Origin: Octopus bimaculoides
Lineage: Eukaryota
Reading direction: 5' to 3'
DNA length: 37,752 nt
NCBI RefSeq assembly: GCF_001194135.2
Contig: NC_068984.1
Location: 100,672,040 to 100,709,791 of the forward strand
In this document: positions 24,086 through 36,446 of the stretch, piece after piece
How positions within the stretch are numbered: the stretch's first letter is position 1
Layout: the number at the start of each line of letters is the position of its first letter
Translations under genes and position numbers: made by a program
Notes under the pieces: model-generated
Database searches by the model: none
The model's input: the letters and a program-made list of their open reading frames with translations, nothing else
Told to the model about the DNA's origin: nothing

Positions 24086-25330
24086 GAAATTACGAGTGCC
24101 ATTGGAATCCTTTGCTGTTATAGATTTTTGTAAAAGAAATTATTGGGGATTTGAAACCAAATTATACATGGTGTCTCTGTAATTTTCGTTTTGAAATATC
24201 TATAATATCGTTGCACTATTAGTAACCAGTATGAGGATTGCTGACCAGGTTTTGAAGGCCTTTCGAAAGCAGCAAATAGTTTCGATAAGTGCAGTGATTC
24301 AGCAAATATTAGTGAAGAATAAAATTGAATTCCTTTCTGTAATTAAAACTCATTACAAGATATTTGCAGTGTTTTGTTACTTCAGACAGTATACGTAGAT
24401 TTGTTTATCGTAGATTTGTTTATAGAAAGTTCTTCGACGCAACCCCTTTTGGTCGCTATAATATTTGACTTACAGTGGTTGATAAGGATTTGGTTAAGAC
24501 AGTTTTTGCAAAGACTGTACATAGTGTTTAGGAACGCAATAAGCCTTATAGTTTTCTGCTAAGTCAGTATCTTCATTCTTGGCTACAAGAGTTGTTTCAT
24601 GTTGTGGCTAACCAATTTGGTATGCCAATCTAGCTTTCCATTGTTCTTTTAAATAAGCATCTAGCACCTCCTTGAAGAAGGTCAACATCTCATAGCAATA
24701 TCCAACTATTAAGTCTCTTCTTGGTTCCCTCCCATTATACGATTCATCCACGGTATTAGCGAAACTTTCACAGTTGATTGTGCAAGTTTTACTTTGATGT
24801 TGGTACATTATTCTTCTGTGATTCTATATAGCCATGATGCTCTTTGATTGGAATCCATCTTTTCACTTCAGATCATAGACCAATACGATGAGAAGGGGCT
24901 ATTTTTGCAAAGAAATTGCTTTACTTCATCCTCCGATATGCAGTTTCTGCATTAACAGCAAACATATGGTTAATGCTGGTTGGTTGAAGTAGTTTCTCTT
25001 TCGATAAAGACTTTTTCTTCATCGAATCTTCTGAATTCGTATTTTCAAGTTATTTATTTCCTTTCTAGAGTTTGAAGTATAGAATCTCCGTATATTTTTG
25101 TCAATTTATTTTATTAGATTTAGTTATTGTGCAGTAAACTTAATACACACCTTACGCCTCCTAACGGTACCTAAATGTCCGCTTTAGCGGCGCAGTTGTA
25201 TATAATTTCTTCTTGTTTTGTAAATCCCTCATGGTAGCTTAAGTTATTTCATTAGTACGTGCAGATGGTAGCAGCTGCATGCAATTATTGATTGTCTTCC
25301 ATGTATTATCACATATTTTCATAGAGTCAC
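24085..25330 (-). mobile_element. Old R4/Dong-like element, N-terminal/RT half
   Basis: With frameshifts: YWSMI*SEKMDSNQRASWL, EPRRDLIVGY, IPNWLATT, TTLVAKNEDTDLAENY, NYRKEFN (DYKKAFD-like), KGFQWHS (GIFQGDS-like). Confidence 0.7.
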
Positions 25331-25522
25331 CGTCGATATTTTCAATAACTTCTAGCATCAGAATGCATATTCTTCCTATCTTCTGCTACCAAAAAGTGAT
25401 CTGCTATACATTGTTAGCTAAGAGAAATTGGAAAAAAAGTTCTTAAACTAAGGTATGTTATATATATTTGTAAGTATGTGTGTGTACATATGTATGGATT
25501 TATGTATGGTGAACATATGTAA

Positions 25523-25553
<31 letters not shown>

Positions 25554-25700
25554 TGCATGTATGTATGTATGTATAAATGAATGATGAACTATGTACGTTG
25601 ATATGTATGTATTGTGTATTTAAAATGAGAACATTTGTATATATGTATGAATGTATGTCTATTTGCATTCATATCTGAATGTATGTACGTATGAAATGCA

Positions 25701-25747
<47 letters not shown>

Positions 25748-25759
25748 ATAAATGTATAT

Positions 25760-25849
<90 letters not shown>

Positions 25850-26834
25850 NNNNNNNNNNNNNNNNNNNNNNNNNNNNNNNNNNNNNNNNNNNNNNNNNNN
25901 NNNNNNNNNNNNNNNNNNNNNNNNNNNNNNNNNNNNNNNNNNNNNNNNNNNNNNNNNNNNNNNNNNNNNNNNNNNNNNNNNNNNNNNNNNNNNNNNNNNN
26001 NNNNNNNNNNNNNNNNNNNNNNNNNNNNNNNNNNNNNNNNNNNNNNNNNNNNNNNNNNNNNNNNNNNNNNNNNNNNNNNNNNNNNNNNNNNNNNNNNNNN
26101 NNNNNNNNNNNNNNNNNNNNNNNNNNNNNNNNNNNNNNNNNNNNNNNNNNNNNNNNNNNNNNNNNNNNNNNNNNNNNNNNNNNNNNNNNNNNNNNNNNNN
26201 NNNNNNNNNNNNNNNNNNNNNNNNNNNNNNNNNNNNNNNNNNNNNNNNNNNNNNNNNNNNNNNNNNNNNNNNNNNNNNNNNNNNNNNNNNNNNNNNNNNN
26301 NNNNNNNNNNNNNNNNNNNNNNNNNNNNNNNNNNNNNNNNNNNNNNNNNNNNNNNNNNNNNNNNNNNNNNNNNNNNNNNNNNNNNNNNNNNNNNNNNNNN
26401 NNNNNNNNNNNNNNNNNNNNNNNNNNNNNNNNNNNNNNNNNNNNNNNNNNNNNNNNNNNNNNNNNNNNNNNNNNNNNNNNNNNNNNNNNNNNNNNNNNNN
26501 NNNNNNNNNNNNNNNNNNNNNNNNNNNNNNNNNNNNNNNNNNNNNNNNNNNNNNNNNNNNNNNNNNNNNNNNTTTATATTCCTCGGTAGGTAACCAGTGT
26601 TGCCGAGTGTGCGAAAAAGAATACAAGAGTTACGGAATGGAGTATCGGAAATCCGGGCTACATATATTTTATACCGAGTGAAACCTCAGCAATGGTAAAA
26701 TCTAAGTGAGGTGTATACCACTGGTTATACTCTTTCCTCCTTTCTCAGTCTCCCCATATTTTATTTTATTTATTTATTTATTTTTCTTTCTCTTCTTTCT
26801 TCCCTTCTATTACTTATTTTTATTACTTATTTCC

Positions 26835-27283
26835 AGCCAGCTGGAAAACATGTTTACCTGGGGCTAAAACAACAGTAACATCATCCTTTACAGGACTGCC
26901 ACGTTATGTTGGCATATAAACATTACTATCCAGTATTGTTACTGTATTTCTCTCGCTCAGAGATTTTAAAACATGTTGTTTTTCTCGATACGTGATCAGC
27001 GACTGTGTGTCGCTTAAAGAATATATAGTATTTGCGAGTGGAGATAGGTTTCTCCACTTGCTGGTGATTGTCTCACACCGAGGACAGATAACATCCAGAA
27101 ACCTAGATCTGTGAGTATCACGTAAGACTAGAGATGGGTGTGATGGTCTCCCTTGCAAATGCTATATACGGAGACAGACTGTGTGCTGTTAGCCAGCTGG
27201 AAAAGATGTTTTCCTGGGGCTAAACCAACAGTAACATCGTCCCTTACAGTACTGCCACGTTATGTTGGCATATAAACATTACT
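26835..27283 (+). mobile_element. Hammerhead-bearing non-coding element, copy 2 (about 1.3 tandem units, period 356 bp)
   Basis: The ~95-bp module AGCCAGCTGGAAAA..CCTGGGGCTAAA..GCCACGTTATGTTGGCATATAAACATTACT occurs at 26835 and 27191. Confidence 0.75.
27072..27115 (+). ncRNA. Degenerate minimal type I hammerhead ribozyme-like motif
   Basis: CTCACA-CCGAGGA-CAGAT AAC ATCCA-GAAA-CCTAGA-TC-TGTGAG. Stem I CTCACA/TGTGAG is perfect (6 bp); stems II and III carry mismatches. Confidence 0.6.
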
Positions 27284-27284
27284 C

Positions 27285-27335
<51 letters not shown>

Positions 27336-27377
27336 CTCTCTATATATATATGTATATAATATATATATATATATATA

Positions 27378-27581
27378 GGCGCAGGAGTGGCTGTGTGGTA
27401 AGTAGTTTGCTTACTAACCACATGGTTCCGGGTTCAGTCCCACTGCGTGGCACCTTGGGCAAGTGTCTTCTACTATAGCCTAGGGCCGACCAAAGCCTTG
27501 TGAGTGGATTTGGTAGACGGAAACTGAAAGAAGCCCGTCGTATATATGTATATATATATATATATGTATGTGTGTTTGTGC
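27378..27581 (+). mobile_element. SINE family A, 5' half, well preserved
   Basis: GGCGCAGGAGTGGCTGTGTGGTAAG..GGGTTCAGTCCCACTGCGTGGCACCTTGGGCAAGTG..; the internal TA/TG tract runs into a gap. Confidence 0.93.
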
Positions 27582-28368
27582 NNNNNNNNNNNNNNNNNNN
27601 NNNNNNNNNNNNNNNNNNNNNNNNNNNNNNNNNNNNNNNNNNNNNNNNNNNNNNNNNNNNNNNNNNNNNNNNNNNNNNNNNNNNNNNNNNNNNNNNNNNN
27701 NNNNNNNNNNNNNNNNNNNNNNNNNNNNNNNNNNNNNNNNNNNNNNNNNNNNNNNNNNNNNNNNNNNNNNNNNNNNNNNNNNNNNNNNNNNNNNNNNNNN
27801 NNNNNNNNNNNNNNNNNNNNNNNNNNNNNNNNNNNNNNNNNNNNNNNNNNNNNNNNNNNNNNNNNNNNNNNNNNNNNNNNNNNNNNNNNNNNNNNNNNNN
27901 NNNNNNNNNNNNNNNNNNNNNNNNNNNNNNNNNNNNNNNNNNNNNNNNNNNNNNNNNNNNNNNNNNNNNNNNNNNNNNNNNNNNNNNNNNNNNNNNNNNN
28001 NNNNNNNNNNNNNNNNNNNNNNNNNNNNNNNNNNNNNNNNNNNNNNNNNNNNNNNNNNNNNNNNNNNNNNNNNNNNNNNNNNNNNNNNNNNNNNNNNNNN
28101 NNNNNNNNNNNNNNNNNNNNNNNNNNNNNNNNNNNNNNNNNNNNNNNNNNNNNNNNNNNNNNNNNNNNNNNNNNNNNNNNNNNNNNNNNNNNNNNNNNNN
28201 NNNNNNNNNNNNNNNNNNNNNNNNNNNNNNNNNNNNNNNNNNNNNNNNNNNNNNNNNNNNNNNNNNNNNNNNNNNNNNNNNNNNNNNNNNNNNNNNNNNN
28301 NNNNNNNNNNNNNNNNNNNNNNNNNNNNNNNNNNNNNNNNNNNNNNNNNNNNNNNNNNNNNNNNNNNN

Positions 28369-28423
<55 letters not shown>

Positions 28424-28464
28424 ATATATATACATACATACATACCATTTGGCTTTAATGTTTT

Positions 28465-28829
28465 CCTTGATTCACTCATTTGTTTACAGCCATGTTGGGG
28501 CACCGCCTTGAAGAATTCTTAGTCGAATCAATCGACCCCACTAGTTTTTTTTAAAAACCTGGTACTTATTCTACGGAACAGCTAAGTTATGGGAACCTAA
28601 ATGCACCAAGACCGGTTGTTAAGTGGTAGTGGGGAACACTCACATACACACACACACACACGCACTCATGTATATACGACGGGCTTCTTTCAGTTTCTGC
28701 CTACCAAATCGACTCGGAAGGCTTTGGTCGGAGCGAAAGCTATAGTAGAAAACAGCTGCCTAAGTGCTACGGTGTAGGACTAAACCCGGAACCATGTAAC
28801 TAGGAAGCAAACTTCTTACCACACAGCCT
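28465..28829 (-). mobile_element. SINE family A, near full length, diverged
   Basis: Reverse complement of the family A consensus, ending CTTACCACACAGCC. Confidence 0.88.
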
Positions 28830-29010
28830 CTCATGAGAAAAAGAGAGAGGGGGATAGAGGGAGAGAGTGAAGGATAGAGAGAGATGGGAGAGGAAGAAAG
28901 ATATATGTGTGAGCAAAACATGGTGGAGAAAATAGTATTACAGGAAAGTAAACAAAACGACACCGGGTAAGGAAAAACAGACAGTAAAGCATATATATAT
29001 ATATATATAC

Positions 29011-29165
29011 ACACACAACGGGCTTCCACACAGTTTCAATCCACCAAATAAATTCACTCACTTGATCCAGGGTTATATAGAATACAGCTGCCCCAGGTGC
29101 CACACAGTGGGACTAACCCGAAACTGTGTAGGTGTAATGCTAGGTTCTTCATCACACAGTCATGC
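29011..29165 (-). mobile_element. SINE family A, 5' half, diverged
   Basis: CGGGCTTCC..CAGTTTC..CCCCAGGTGCCACACAGTGGGACT. Confidence 0.7.
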
Positions 29166-29866
29166 TTGTGCCGATAAGTGGAAGATTCATGAAAATTTTG
29201 TTTCAGACACAAGAGAGGAGAAACAAAATGAACCAAAGCTACCGTCAGATCAAAACATATCTGACAGCGTGCTTCTTGTGCACTTCGTGCTTGTATTGAC
29301 CTATTTCGTTAGTTTCTTGAAATAATAGTCAATATAAGATTGCAGGTGTGACGAAAGGAGTTTGACAAATCAAATTATTAACTAATTGATTAATTAATTT
29401 GTTAATTAAACACCTAATTAGGTTGTTGACGCCATAAGAAGAATTTTAGAAACTTTCGAGAGAACGTGAAATAAAAACTTTGTGGAGATGGGGTGGAATG
29501 TGGAGGGCTAACCGAGCCTTCAACTTTTTCTTTCCAAAAGGGTCTTCAACCCCATATTTACATGCTATCGTTTATAGTTTATGTGTTTCAAGACACTGTT
29601 TTAGAAAAAAAAAATAATAAATAAATAAATAAAACTATTACCTCATTATGTAATTGATGATTAAAAGCGTGATATGACAATGCGTGCGTTTATTAACTGT
29701 ATGGCATTCTCATAGTACAGTAAATTATACATACATACCCACAAATGCGCGTGTTTAAGCATAAATACATACATACAGGCATACATGCATGCATGCATGC
29801 ATGTATACATATATCTACTTAAATAAAAGTGCTAAGGCTCACAGCATGCATACAAACATACATACA

Positions 29867-29895
29867 TACAGACAGACAGACAGACAGACAGACAT

Positions 29896-29932
<37 letters not shown>

Positions 29933-29940
29933 TAGACAGA
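29867..29940. repeat. (CAGA)n microsatellite adjoining (CATA)n
   Basis: Directly visible. Confidence 0.95.
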
Positions 29941-29941
29941 C

Positions 29942-30420
29942 AAGAGAAGAAAAACTGTGTACAGTTGTGGAAATCAGCTGCCCAGCGATGTTAATATCAA
30001 ACTAAAGATTAGCGAAACGGTGAACTATTGAGGAATCTACAGCTACTCTAACCAGATCATATATGTTCAAGTTCATACCTGTAATTATTGAAGCACTGGG
30101 ATATGTAACACACTGCCTAAATATCAATCTTGAGAAATTAGGCTTCTCAAAACCAGAAAGGAGAAAGCTAATTCAATGATTACAGATCCAAGCTGTCACT
30201 GGAACTGTAAAAGTCTGTGAAACTTCCAGGAAGTTTATCACTTAAGTATATACGAGCATGTCTAGATATGCAACTATGTGCATGAGAATACATACATTGG
30301 ACACATACATACATAAAAACCCTGTTGATGTTGAAATTCCAATGAAGAAGCCTTGAATCTAGGTTAGAAACCGATACATTTTCTGTTGGCAAGACATCTT
30401 GAAATAAACTGAATAATGTC
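29942..30420 (+). mobile_element. R4/Dong-like element, 3' end (same family as 19805-21120)
   Basis: Collinear with the reverse complement of 19805-20390 (GTGGAAAT..CCCAGCG.., GAGAAATTAGGCTTCTCAAAACCAGAAAGGAG, GAAATAAACTGAATAATG.C), followed by (ATAC)n. Confidence 0.9.
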
Positions 30421-31616
30421 ATACATACATACATACATATGCATGCAATGTATGCGTTTTCTTGTCTGCATGTACACATGTGTACAATGTGCGTATTCTC
30501 ACTGTGTGTATACAACTGTGCAAGTATAAATAAATTGCAAATGTATATATCCCTGCTTAACTGTGTCATCATGTATGTCGGTTTCTTGCTGTATGAATGT
30601 GCGTGTGTATTTTTAGTTCTAATAAAGTTCGTCAATACGAAACTTCCACGCCCAGTGACATCTATCCACTCCCTCATGTCTCCTATAAACTTTCAATCCA
30701 ATACAATGTCCTCCACGCTACACTTCCTCAGTAACCTCTCAATAAACTTCTTCAGTTACCCACCACCACTACCATCACCACCATCACCACCACCACCACC
30801 ACCACCACCACCACCACCAANNNNNNNNNNNNNNNNNNNNNNNNNNNNNNNNNNNNNNNNNNNNNNNNNNNNNNNNNNNNNNNNNNNNNNNNNNNNNNNN
30901 NNNNNNNNNNNNNNNNNNNNNNNNNNNNNNNNNNNNNNNNNNNNNNNNNNNNNNNNNNNNNNNNNNNNNNNNNNNNNNNNNNNNNNNNNNNNNNNNNNNN
31001 NNNNNNNNNNNNNNNNNNNNNNNNNNNNNNNNNNNNNNNNNNNNNNNNNNNNNNNNNNNNNNNNNNNNNNNNNNNNNNNNNNNNNNNNNNNNNNNNNNNN
31101 NNNNNNNNNNNNNNNNNNNNNNNNNNNNNNNNNNNNNNNNNNNNNNNNNNNNNNNNNNNNNNNNNNNNNNNNNNNNNNNNNNNNNNNNNNNNNNNNNNNN
31201 NNNNNNNNNNNNNNNNNNNNNNNNNNNNNNNNNNNNNNNNNNNNNNNNNNNNNNNNNNNNNNNNNNNNNNNNNNNNNNNNNNNNNNNNNNNNNNNNNNNN
31301 NNNNNNNNNNNNNNNNNNNNNNNNNNNNNNNNNNNNNNNNNNNNNNNNNNNNNNNNNNNNNNNNNNNNNNNNNNNNNNNNNNNNNNNNNNNNNNNNNNNN
31401 NNNNNNNNNNNNNNNNNNNNNNNNNNNNNNNNNNNNNNNNNNNNNNNNNNNNNNNNNNNNNNNNNNNNNNNNNNNNNNNNNNNNNNNNNNNNNNNNNNNN
31501 NNNNNNNNNNNNNNNNNNNNNNNNNNNNNNNNNNNNNNNNNNNNNNNNNNNNNNNNNNNNNNNNNNNNNNNNNNNNNNNNNNNNNNNNNNNNNNNNNNNN
31601 NNNNNNNNNNNNNNNN

Positions 31617-31680
<64 letters not shown>

Positions 31681-31830
31681 TCTCACACACTCTCTCTCTC
31701 TCACACACTCTCTCTCTCTCTCGCACACTCTCTCTCTCACACACTCTCTCTCTCACACACTCTCTTTCTCACACACACTCTCTCTCTCACACTCTCTCTC
31801 TCACACACTCTCTCTCTCTCTCACACTCTC
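31617..31830. repeat. Compound (CT)n/(CA)n microsatellite
   Basis: Directly visible. Confidence 0.95.
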
Positions 31831-31972
31831 TCCCTTCCATCTCCCTCTGCCCTCCCTCTCGCACTCTGTTCTCCCTCTTTCTCAGCCATCTATCTTTCTC
31901 TGCCCTCCCGCTCTCCCTCTCTCCCTCCTTGTCTCTCTATGCGTCTATTCTTTCCTTCTTTCATTCGTTTTG

Positions 31973-32009
<37 letters not shown>

Positions 32010-32029
32010 AGGAGGATCGGTTAATTATG

Positions 32030-33050
32030 ATTTTATTCAACGTATTCCCCTCATAAATTCACATGCTTATTGCAGCGATCCTTCAGTTTTTCTAAACCCT
32101 GTAAAAGAGCTCGGCAGTTTGGGCCTCCAACCAGGCTTTTCGCGACATCCTTAAAACTAGAAACTTTTCAGCACCCCACTCTACTATGCGTTGGATGTCA
32201 TCAGCAGTGTGAACCAGGAAGTCAACATTATCTCTACGAAGGAGTTCCCTCATCACAGTTTCAGACGTTTCCGACTTGAATTTGAATCTTCTCAATGTAG
32301 ACTCTTCTGAACTACAAGAGGACACCTTTATCGCAGTCGTAGAGTGCATGTGTAAGCAAAACAGAAAAGAATATCGAAGAGAACGTGGGAGCAGTAATAT
32401 TGCTCTGCTTTACTCCAGTGTCATTCGAAACCTCGTCAGAGAATTCCCTTTTCTCCTTTACCATTGAACAAAGACACTAAAATGCCATCAATCCAATGTT
32501 TTGCTATGGGGGTGCCAGTCAATCTCTTGGTAATGAAATTAAATACAACATATGTTTTCCTTTCCCTTCCAATTTTCCGCAGTTCGACGGAAGACCATCT
32601 TGGCCAGGTGCTCAACCAGTATTTATCTGTTTGTGAGCCATTTCCCCTTCATAAGATAGTAATCAATCCACTGTGAATTTCATATCTCATTGAGGACGAC
32701 TTTCTGTAACATTATCCTCAACTACTAATGGGTTGTCGAATAAACCAGCGAAATGTTCTTGCCAGCGCTGCAGGATTTTTGTTGGTACTCTGATGATATT
32801 AATGTTGTCCTTTGACTTCAGAGGAACAGTTACAGAAGATGGTAGACCAAACACTTCACGTAGGAAACCGTAAAACAGATTCGATTTCTTTGCGTCCTTT
32901 GCATCGTAGAGCCCTTTGAATCTCTGAAGAGACCATCAACCACTGCTCATTCGTAGGTCTTCTTAGTTCCCCTGTAACATTGCTTTGAACTCCTTATATT
33001 CCTTATAAGTTCTCTCTGTTATAGCCTATACCGAAGGGCACTGGTTCAAA
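32030..33050 (-). mobile_element. RTE-clade LINE, internal RT fragment (degenerate)
   Basis: FYGFLREVFG..VPLKSKD..ILQRWQEHF, APGQDGLPS, GVKQS..APTFSSIFFSVLL, and TLRRFKFK..VMRELLRRDNVDFLVHTADDIQRIV (a decayed FNLRR..RELLFADD..VAHT..DLQR). Internal deletion between RT subdomains. Confidence 0.88.
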
Positions 33051-33389
33051 ATCTTTTCATGAAGAGTTGTTTTGCTTTCAGTGGTTGGCTGATAGTAGGA
33101 TTGTCATCACCAAACCAGTCCTTATACCATCATACATACATACATACATTTATACATATATATATGTATATATATGTGTGTATATGTATATATATGTTTA
33201 TATGTATATGTTTATATGTATATATATGTATATATGTAAATGGATATATATATATATGTGTGTGTGTGTGTGTATGTGTATATAAGAGAGCTTTCTTATC
33301 TCCTCTCACTACTCCCTTTCATAACACTCTCCGTAACCCCACCGACCCTCCCACTTCTTTTCTCTAATACTGCCAGCTCGCCGCACCTA

Positions 33390-33560
33390 ATCATTCTACC
33401 TTTGAACTTCTCTGCATTATGATCTGAAATGTAACATCTTCTATACCTTGATGACAGAGGCTCGACTTATCCAATGTTGATTGCTTCCACTGTGGCTGCA
33501 TATTGTGATGAACTATATCTACCAACATTGTGACGGAACTCCGAGCCCCAAAAACAGCTG
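33390..33560 (-). mobile_element. Possible AP-endonuclease remnant of the same RTE element
   Basis: MQPQWKQSTLD..QGIEDV loosely matches MHPRSKHWHLID..RDIQDV; position and orientation fit. Confidence 0.3.
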
Positions 33561-34207
33561 TTGGACTTATAACACTTTCTTCCCCCCCCCCTTTCATTTT
33601 TCTCTGTAGTTTGCACTCTATGTAAGCTGAATCTATTAATCTAAATATCTATATATTTATACTTAAATATTCATCGTCTGAAAGTTTTCAATTTTTGCGC
33701 TTTTTCTCGTTTTGCATGTATACATATATATATACTTTGTATTCCATACCCAAACTGCTATATTTAATATATCTAATTTGTTTNNNNNNNNNNNNNNNNN
33801 NNNNNNNNNNNNNNNNNNNNNNNNNNNNNNNNNNNNNNNNNNNNNNNNNNNNNNNNNNNNNNNNNNNNNNNNNNNNNNNNNNNNNNNNNNNNNNNNNNNN
33901 NNNNNNNNNNNNNNNNNNNNNNNNNNNNNNNNNNGTCTGGCGTGTTGGGAGATCAGTGGGAGTTAAGTAGCTCTAAACAGCTGCTAAAGCATTTATCTAG
34001 GAGACGGTCACGCTGATTTAAAACCAGATATGCCGCAATGGTATTGAACATTTTGGGGATATTGAGCTTGAGATCATGGCACTTGCACATTCTTGAGCCT
34101 GCGACCCACGTTGGCACTGGATCACTGGATATCATATCCTTTGCATGTCTCTGGATCGACGAAGGTGATTCCTGCATTCGATCAACTGTATCATCTACCT
34201 CTGAGTT

Positions 34208-34788
34208 CTGGAGTAGCTTGGCTTGCTAGCTGTCGATGCTTATTCGCCTTTGAAAACTTATAGAATTTCAAGTGAAATAAATTCACTGGTCTACAAAATT
34301 AGAAATATTGCATTTCTAAATAACTGAGAAAACGTAAGGACACATAACCAACTGGAAACGATGTTTCTTAGGGTTAAATAGCAGTAGCATTCATCTCTTT
34401 CCTGGGACTGACACATTAAGTCGGCAACAGACCATCACTTTATTGTACTGCTACTGTATAAGTCTCTCTCGTAAATTTAGAAATGCAATATTTCTAATTT
34501 TGTAGTGAATTCATTTTACTTGAAATTCTATAAGTTTTGAAAGGCGAATAATCATCGATAACTAACAAGCCAAGCTACTCCAGACTGATGAAGAGCAACG
34601 ACTCTGAGACTAGTCCCTGGACGCTGGCTTTGTTAGATGGAGCTGCTTATCTCCCTTGTTTGAAAACTTAAAGACACAGAACGTTTGTGTCACATAGCCA
34701 ACTGGAAACGATTTCCTGGGGCTAAATAGCAGTAGCATTCTTCCCTTTCCTGGGACTGACACATTAAGTTGGCAACAAACCATCACTT

Positions 34789-34790
<2 letters not shown>
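34208..34790 (+). mobile_element. Hammerhead-bearing non-coding element, copy 3 (350-bp direct period plus ~110-bp inverted duplication)
   Basis: Direct repeat 34341-34443 / 34691-34790; inverted repeat 34208-34321 / 34475-34583. Confidence 0.8.
34579..34621 (+). ncRNA. Minimal type I hammerhead ribozyme-like motif
   Basis: TCCAG-A-CTGATGA-AGAG CAACGA CTCT-GAGA-CTAG-TC-C-CTGGA: canonical CUGAUGA, 4-bp stem II, palindromic CTAG stem III, GUC triplet. GAAA is changed to GAGA. Confidence 0.75.
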
Positions 34791-34822
<32 letters not shown>

Positions 34823-35035
34823 TATATATATGTGTGTGTATGTATATAATATATAAGTATGTATACATATATGTGTATCTATATATATATATGTATATAT
34901 GTATGTATATATGTATGTTGGTAAATATACATACATATATATGTGTGTGTATGAGTGTGCTTGTATGTATGTTTGTATATATGTATGTATCTGTGTATAT
35001 ATCTATATATTAGTCTGTGTGTAGGTATGAGTGTT

Positions 35036-35083
<48 letters not shown>

Positions 35084-35698
35084 CGTGTGTGTGAAGAGAG
35101 TAAGACAGGAAAGGAGAAAGAGAGAGAGAATATATAAACGTCAGCACATTGGTGTCTTATTTCTTGTCCTATGTCCGATCTACGGAAAGCCAATTCACAG
35201 TAATGTGACAAATAACAATTGACTGCTTGAATCACGTGATCCAAGACACTTGCATCCATCCTTAAGAGCTTTTAGAGTCACTCCTTGTGGATTTCCTTCT
35301 AGGCGTTGCTGCGAATTTGCTAATAGCATGAGATTTTTACTCATGGATCCATAAGTGCCTCCATTTTTAATGCTGTGAGAATTACAGAACATAATTAGGC
35401 GCAATTATGCTGGCAATTACAAGAAATAACTGCAAACAGGTTAAGAATTTTAATATTTAAATTATGTTGACAAGTACAAGAAAGAACTGCAAACAGGATA
35501 AGGATTTATTGGATACCATTACAGAAGTATATACTTTACTACAGTTGCCGTAGCGATTACTGGAATTCACTAAGTACATTTACGAGAATGTATACGGATA
35601 AATACAAATTAGCAGAATTTAGAATTTAGATGAAGTAAATTTCTGGAAGTCACCATCTGTACTAAAATGAAATTAGTGTTAGTTTTAATATATTTAAG

Positions 35699-35909
35699 GG
35701 CGACGAGGTGGCAGAAATGTTACCACGCCAGGCAAAACGCTTAGCGGCATTTCGTCCGTCTTTACGTTCTGCGTTCAAATTCCGCCGCAGTCGACTTTGC
35801 ATTTCATCCTTTCAAAGTCGATGAAATAGGCATCAGTTGAGTACTGGAGACGATGTTATCGATTTATCCCCTCCTCCAAAATTGCAGGCCTTGTGCCAAA
35901 ATTTGAAAC

Positions 35910-35910
<1 letters not shown>
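35699..35910 (+). mobile_element. SINE family B, full length, followed by an (ATT)n tail to 35980
   Basis: GGCGACGAGGTGGCAGAAA..GTTCAAATTCCGCC..GGCCTTGTGCCAAAATTTGAAACC(ATT)n. Confidence 0.92.
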
Positions 35911-35981
<71 letters not shown>

Positions 35982-36195
35982 GACGGCGAGCTAGTTGAAA
36001 TCGTTAGCACGCCGGGCAAAATGCTTAGCAGCATTTCGTGTGTTTTTACGCTCTGAATTCAAATTCCCCCGAGGTCGACTTTGCTTTTCATCCTTTCAGG
36101 GTCGATGGAATAAGTACCAGTCAAGCACTGGAGTCAATGTGATCAAGTTACCTCTCCACCGAATTTTCTGGCCTTGTGCCAAAATTTAAAATCAA
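35982..36195 (+). mobile_element. SINE family B, full length, inserted at the tail of the previous copy
   Basis: GACGGCGAGCTAG..GTTAGCACGCCGGGCAAAATGCTTAGC..GGCCTTGTGCCAAAATTTAAAA. Confidence 0.92.
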
Positions 36196-36446
36196 TATAT
36201 TTACTGTAGACAGGGCTGTTACCAGGGGATTCAATTGCTTAAGCCAGTCCTATAATACGCATTCCCTTCTGTCACCCCTACAATATGCACTTTCCTTCTT
36301 GCACTTCTGCAACTGCATCTTTTAACCCTACGAGGTGCACTCTATTAATGACTTGTAGGGACGCGGTATTTCAGTTATACAAGCATACTATTCTGTAAAG
36401 TATATTAAACGTTTGTATAAGTCAATAGCCTGTTCTACTGTTAGCA

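Noticed and set aside
33935-34205. Minus-strand ORF / VGRRLKNVQV motif, possibly a LINE ORF1 remnant
   Set aside because: Similarity is too weak to support by eye.
35195-35390. Possible minus-strand exon with a plausible acceptor (TTCTCACAG)
   Set aside because: The peptide is unrecognised and there is no strong donor; it needs RNA-seq support.
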